Shown here: piece after piece, positions 59,909 through 64,000 of the stretch
Position numbering within the stretch: the first letter of the stretch is position 1
Layout of the letters: the number at the start of each line of letters is the position of its first letter
Source: Candidatus Hydrogenedentota bacterium
GTDB taxonomy: Bacteria; Hydrogenedentota; Hydrogenedentia; Hydrogenedentales; SLHB01
NCBI GenBank assembly: GCA_963745075.1
Contig: CAVUWV010000017.1
Coordinates: forward strand, 32,001 to 96,000
Length of the DNA stretch: 64,000 nt
Direction of reading: 5' to 3'
The notes under the pieces: model-generated
Databases searched by the model: none
The model's input: only the letters and a program-made list of their open reading frames with translations
Told to the model about the DNA's origin: nothing
Made by a program: the position numbers and the translations under genes

Positions 59909-60940
59909 CTACTTCTCCAGTCGCAGGTTGTCGCCCCGTTTCGGCGTCTGGCCGTCGACCAGTGAACAAACCGACAATTTGTCCTGGACGGAATCCACTT
60001 TGACCGAACCGATCTTTTCCAATTTCACGTCCAACGGGAGCCCCGTGTCGGGGTCCGTGATGATTTTGCCGGTCTTGTACAGGCCGAGCACCATCCCTTC
60101 CGTCACGCCGCGGTTGTTGCCCGCGTTGATATAAATGCTACTACCATCCACCTCAGCCACGCGCGCCGAGAACGGCACGTTCGACATGACCGAAATAATA
60201 TGGTCAACGCACTTATTGATGCACTCTTCCGCGGTTTCACCGAGCGGCGTGTTTTTGAACTTGTCACCGCCGGCACTGCCGATGTTGGTATACACGTCCA
60301 TACCCATGGACTTGTGCGTGCCCGTGGCTTCGGCTTTGTGGGTCGAAAGCACCTGGGAAGTGGTCAGGTCGATAATGCGAAGTTGCATCGCCACTTTCGA
60401 CGTCACTTTGCTCCCCCCAAGGCCGATACCGCCGCCGATGCCGCCGATCGGGATATTCACGTGGCCGCTCTTGCCTTCTTCCCCCGGCTCAAACTGGGTG
60501 ACCGTCCCTTGAATCATGATGCTGGCGCCCACAATCTGACCGATCTTCAATGCCGTTTCGGAATTGATGCGGCCCGCGGCGCCGAGATCCTGTTCCTTCA
60601 GGATCGAATCCAACTGCTGGCGTTCGACCACGATAAAGCGGCCGGAATTCATCAGCGCATCTTGCAGCAACGCGGCCATCACCGGGCCTTCGTCCCAACC
60701 CAGTTTGCCGGCTCCTTCAAACGCGCCGACCGCCACAACCTGTTTCGGTCCCTTGTACGACGATGGCGCCGGCTCACTCGACGCAGATTCCGCCGACGAA
60801 CTGGACTCATCGTTACCACCGCCCTTGAGCTTCTTCAGCAATCCCGCTTCGGCCGGCACGCATTGGAACAGCACCAGTGTGGCGCAAAGCGTCAGCGCAG
60901 CAAACCAGGAGATCCCCCCACGAGTATTTGACATGATCAT
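59909..60940 (-). CDS. CsgG/HfaB family protein with FlgT-like C-terminal domain
   Basis: SGRFIVVERQQLDSILKEQ, QGTVTQF, LRIID; YINAG..G. Confidence 0.82.
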   Translation of the reverse strand: MIMSNTRGGISWFAALTLCATLVLFQCVPAEAGLLKKLKGGGNDESSSSAESASSEPAPSSYKGPKQVVAVGAFEGAGKLGWDEGPVMAALLQDALMNSGRFIVVERQQLDSILKEQDLGAAGRINSETALKIGQIVGASIMIQGTVTQFEPGEEGKSGHVNIPIGGIGGGIGLGGSKVTSKVAMQLRIIDLTTSQVLSTHKAEATGTHKSMGMDVYTNIGSAGGDKFKNTPLGETAEECINKCVDHIISVMSNVPFSARVAEVDGSSIYINAGNNRGVTEGMVLGLYKTGKIITDPDTGLPLDVKLEKIGSVKVDSVQDKLSVCSLVDGQTPKRGDNLRLEK

Positions 60941-61162
60941 CCCACAACCTCCTCGAGTTCCTTGTGAACACCGTAAACCCATGCCCAACAGCGTTGTGCA
61001 CATATACCCCTGCGTAGTTCGGCCGAATCAATCGCACTGCGACCGATTGCCCGATACAGCAGAACGGATTCTACGCGACGGCCTGTGTCGTTCGCAACCA
61101 CGTTGACCGGCATCGCATCACCCTATGCGGTAAGCGACGTTGTGCAGGATGTCCCGGGAAGA

Positions 61163-63259
61163 TTACTTGGATGCTTTGGCGGGCAAGGGCCCCTTGATCC
61201 GGCGCTTCTTCCCCTTTGGGTCCGTGACCTGCCCTTCCACCGCCGTAGCGCGTCGTTGTTTGAACCACACCACAAACCCGAGAAGGACAACGACGGCTTC
61301 AATCGCGTAGAAGGTCATCAGGGACTGCATTACGCCGCTTGTGAAGCCATAGCTGTGCAGGCCGACGCCCAGCAAATTGACGCCCCACCACGAGAACGCC
61401 ACGATGATGCCCCCGAATACGCAGGCGATCGCCATACCGAGATCGCGAATGTAGCCCCCCATGCGGCCGTGAAGAATGGCCAGTTCCCAGAGGACGATCA
61501 TGAGCGCACCGTTTTCCTTGGGGTCCCATCCCCAAAACCGGCCCCAGCTTTCGTTGGCCCAAATACCCCCTAATACGGTGCCGACAACGGAGAATACAAG
61601 GCCGAAACAAAGCACGCCATAGGTCATGCGGCTTACCGACTTGTAAAAGCTCTTGTTGGTGCGTTGAATCCCCAGAATCTTGCCGAGAATGTAGATATGT
61701 GCGATGGCCCCCGCGAAAAGGCCGGCCGCATATCCCATCGTGACGGTCGTCACGTGCGTCGCGAGCCAGAAGTTGGTGTCAAGCACCGCGACCAGGCTGG
61801 GCATCGTGTCGACTCCTTCTTTCGCCTCGTAGCGGTAGGCGAGAAACATCCCCATCATTCCGAGGAGCGCACCCACGGAGAACGCAATCTTCTGGCGATT
61901 CATAAACTCGGTTATGCACGCCACCACCACAATCACCGCCGTGATGAAAAGAATAGTCTCATAGAGCGTGCTTACCGGGGGGCGTCCGCGAATGATGCAG
62001 CGGTAGGTTATGGCTGTTATCAAGAGCGCGCCGGGCGGAATCAGAAACAGCGGATAGACCTTGCCCAGAAACTTGTTGTACGGAATCATCCACGACACGG
62101 TCGCAACCACGAACGCCAGGACAAAAAGTATCAGGCTCCAGTAGAGGAAATCCGCCTTGTAATAGGTGACTTCCAACGGCACCTTGTCATATTCGCCGCG
62201 TGCTTTGGCCAGGCCGACAACGGCATCGTCGAACTTCCTCAGTTGGGCTTTGAACGCTTGGGGATCGTCCCGCAGGCGGGCCACGTCCTCGAATGAACGC
62301 AACAGGGCCAACTCGTTGTCCATGGGCGCACTCGCCGAGAACGCGAGATCCGCCATCTCACCCGCAGCCAACCATTGTTGCTGATCGTGCATGTCTTCCG
62401 TTGGAGGAAACAGCGCTAACCCCTCCGCTCGGGTCGACATGATGTCGACTTCATGCAGCAACTGGCGCAAGTCACCCAGGTTCTTCTCGCGCGTGGCCGG
62501 TGGAAGGTCGGCCAGGCCCGGGGGAAGAACCTCCTTTAGCCGGTCCACTTCCGAAGGTTCGAGGCGTTGGGTGACCGCATCCATTCCCTGATCGAGGGCG
62601 AGCGTGAGCAATCGCAAGGTAACCGCCCGGCCCAGAATCGCACTGTATCGGTTCTCAGGAAGCACGGCCGCCAGGGCCGAACCTTCCGGAATCGTGTATG
62701 CGTGCCGCGCGAAGTCCGCATAATGGCTGATCTGCTGGAATTGGAATACATTCGATGCGAGATTGACGATTTGCCGTTGGGTCGAACTCAGAGTTTTCGG
62801 ATCGTACTTGTTTTCGTCGGAATATTCGCGTCCGAGTTCGTAGAGTTTGCTGACGCCCGGCGCCAGTTCCGCCATGGAGTACCGGTCGCGTTTCTTCTTG
62901 TCGTCATGCAGTACGCCGATCGCGTCGAGCACTTCCGAATTCTGGACAAGGAAGATCGTGTAGTGCTCCCCGGCCTCGGGATAGAACATCGTGTCCAGAA
63001 GCCATTCCATCGGCGTGATGCGATTGCCGTCTAAATCGTCGGTCGAGCGCTTGCCGTTGAGTTTCAACAACGCGAACCCGGCATAGGTGCTCAGGGGCTT
63101 GATGCGGCCGCCATCCTGGATCGGGAGTTTCGAAAACGCGTCGAGCGTCTCCTGGTCCCAATCCATGGGCTTGACGATCATGTCGGCACTTTGCGCCAGT
63201 GCAACGCCGCTTCCGATGACCGCCAGTGCGACCAGCATGATTCCCGTTGGAACCCTCAT
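61163..63259 (-). CDS. ccsA: Cytochrome c biogenesis protein CcsA/ResC (system II) with large periplasmic N-terminus
   Basis: WLATHV, WANESWGRFWGWDPKE (WWD domain), GLHSYG; GRIKP N-terminal motif. Confidence 0.9.
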   Translation of the reverse strand: MRVPTGIMLVALAVIGSGVALAQSADMIVKPMDWDQETLDAFSKLPIQDGGRIKPLSTYAGFALLKLNGKRSTDDLDGNRITPMEWLLDTMFYPEAGEHYTIFLVQNSEVLDAIGVLHDDKKKRDRYSMAELAPGVSKLYELGREYSDENKYDPKTLSSTQRQIVNLASNVFQFQQISHYADFARHAYTIPEGSALAAVLPENRYSAILGRAVTLRLLTLALDQGMDAVTQRLEPSEVDRLKEVLPPGLADLPPATREKNLGDLRQLLHEVDIMSTRAEGLALFPPTEDMHDQQQWLAAGEMADLAFSASAPMDNELALLRSFEDVARLRDDPQAFKAQLRKFDDAVVGLAKARGEYDKVPLEVTYYKADFLYWSLILFVLAFVVATVSWMIPYNKFLGKVYPLFLIPPGALLITAITYRCIIRGRPPVSTLYETILFITAVIVVVACITEFMNRQKIAFSVGALLGMMGMFLAYRYEAKEGVDTMPSLVAVLDTNFWLATHVTTVTMGYAAGLFAGAIAHIYILGKILGIQRTNKSFYKSVSRMTYGVLCFGLVFSVVGTVLGGIWANESWGRFWGWDPKENGALMIVLWELAILHGRMGGYIRDLGMAIACVFGGIIVAFSWWGVNLLGVGLHSYGFTSGVMQSLMTFYAIEAVVVLLGFVVWFKQRRATAVEGQVTDPKGKKRRIKGPLPAKASK

Positions 63260-64000
63260 GCCACTGCCTCCTTTGCTTCCAGACGCCGGCTCTCGCGACG
63301 CAAGTACTTGCTCAATTTCAAACCGAAATGCACCAGCAGACCGAACGTGATGATGATGCAGGAATACAGCGGAATTCGATCCGCCGGATTCTTAACCACC
63401 GCCAGCGTAGAGCGAACGGGGATCCCCCGCGACGGATCGGCCGGCTGCCACGAAGCCTGATAGAACGTATACCCCCCGTGACGCAACGGCTCGTTCATGG
63501 TGATCTTGATGCTCTGATCGACGCCGTTCTCCGTCTTGGTAACGTCACTCATGAAGGTCTTGGCCATCTGCGTGCCGGGGTGCAGTTCGTGCGTGAACTT
63601 GTCCAGCGTGATGGCGAATGGCAAGGGGTATCGTTTCTTATGCAAGTCTACCGCCCATCGTGTTCCGTTTACGTCAAACGTTGCCGGGTACTGCTGGAAT
63701 CCCCACAGAATGGCCTCCTGCGTCGTTCCGGTATTCTTGTCCGTTACGGTCGCGTACGCGCCGGCCGCGTTTCGCTCCGCTTCCTTTTCCAAGGGCTGAT
63801 CCTGCAGAAAGTATCCATCTACCGTGCGCACTTGGTCTGCGATGACCGGACCCGTCGGCAAGGGCTGGGAATTCCGTTGGAAGCCGTCCAGGGTGAAGTT
63901 GAATGGTAATTGGTCGTTCCGGAATGTGACCGACTGGTCCGGCTTCAAGGACGCAAAATCTTCATCCGGGATCACGTATGCCGTTGTCGCGCCGGCGCCG
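63256..64000 (-). CDS. ResB-like cytochrome c biogenesis protein (5' end outside the window)
   Basis: MNEPLRHGGYTFYQAS, C-terminal TM helix; 4-nt overlap with ccsA. Confidence 0.82.
   Translation of the reverse strand, partial: GAGATTAYVIPDEDFASLKPDQSVTFRNDQLPFNFTLDGFQRNSQPLPTGPVIADQVRTVDGYFLQDQPLEKEAERNAAGAYATVTDKNTGTTQEAILWGFQQYPATFDVNGTRWAVDLHKKRYPLPFAITLDKFTHELHPGTQMAKTFMSDVTKTENGVDQSIKITMNEPLRHGGYTFYQASWQPADPSRGIPVRSTLAVVKNPADRIPLYSCIIITFGLLVHFGLKLSKYLRRESRRLEAKEAVA

Noticed and set aside
59909..60940. Curli secretion system
   Set aside because: Only a CsgG-like domain is present; no csgA/B/E/F in the window.

Overview
GC-rich (~60%) bacterial chromosomal segment, mostly core and housekeeping genes. 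It carries an mreB-mreC-mreD-mrdA-rodA-rng-metF cluster, fba, ispH, rpoN, pepF, lepB, hemL, ccsA/resB-type cytochrome c biogenesis genes, a MarR-regulated RND efflux operon, an orphan RsbW/STAS/PP2C partner-switching module, a VapBC-type toxin-antitoxin pair, sugar-catabolic and glycoside hydrolase-like genes, and many exported hypothetical proteins. The gene style tentatively suggests a diderm such as Candidatus Hydrogenedentota (inference only). I found no rRNA, tRNA, CRISPR array, integrase or transposase. Three genes (TPR protein, rhomboid, hemL) each carry a single +1 frameshift, probably assembly errors. The best novelty candidates are: (i) a promoter-bounded ~125-nt leader with pseudoknot-like pairing upstream of an uncharacterised gene (12950-13112); (ii) a multi-branched structured RNA candidate in the ~250-nt leader diverging from rpoN; (iii) a TatA-like membrane anchor fused to a J-domain, downstream of a rhomboid and signal peptidase I; (iv) a circularly permuted GH114/TM1410-like lipoprotein; (v) a lipoprotein with tandem ~125-aa repeats that the ORF track missed; (vi) several families of intergenic palindromes. 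All family assignments come from motif recognition by eye, not database searches.
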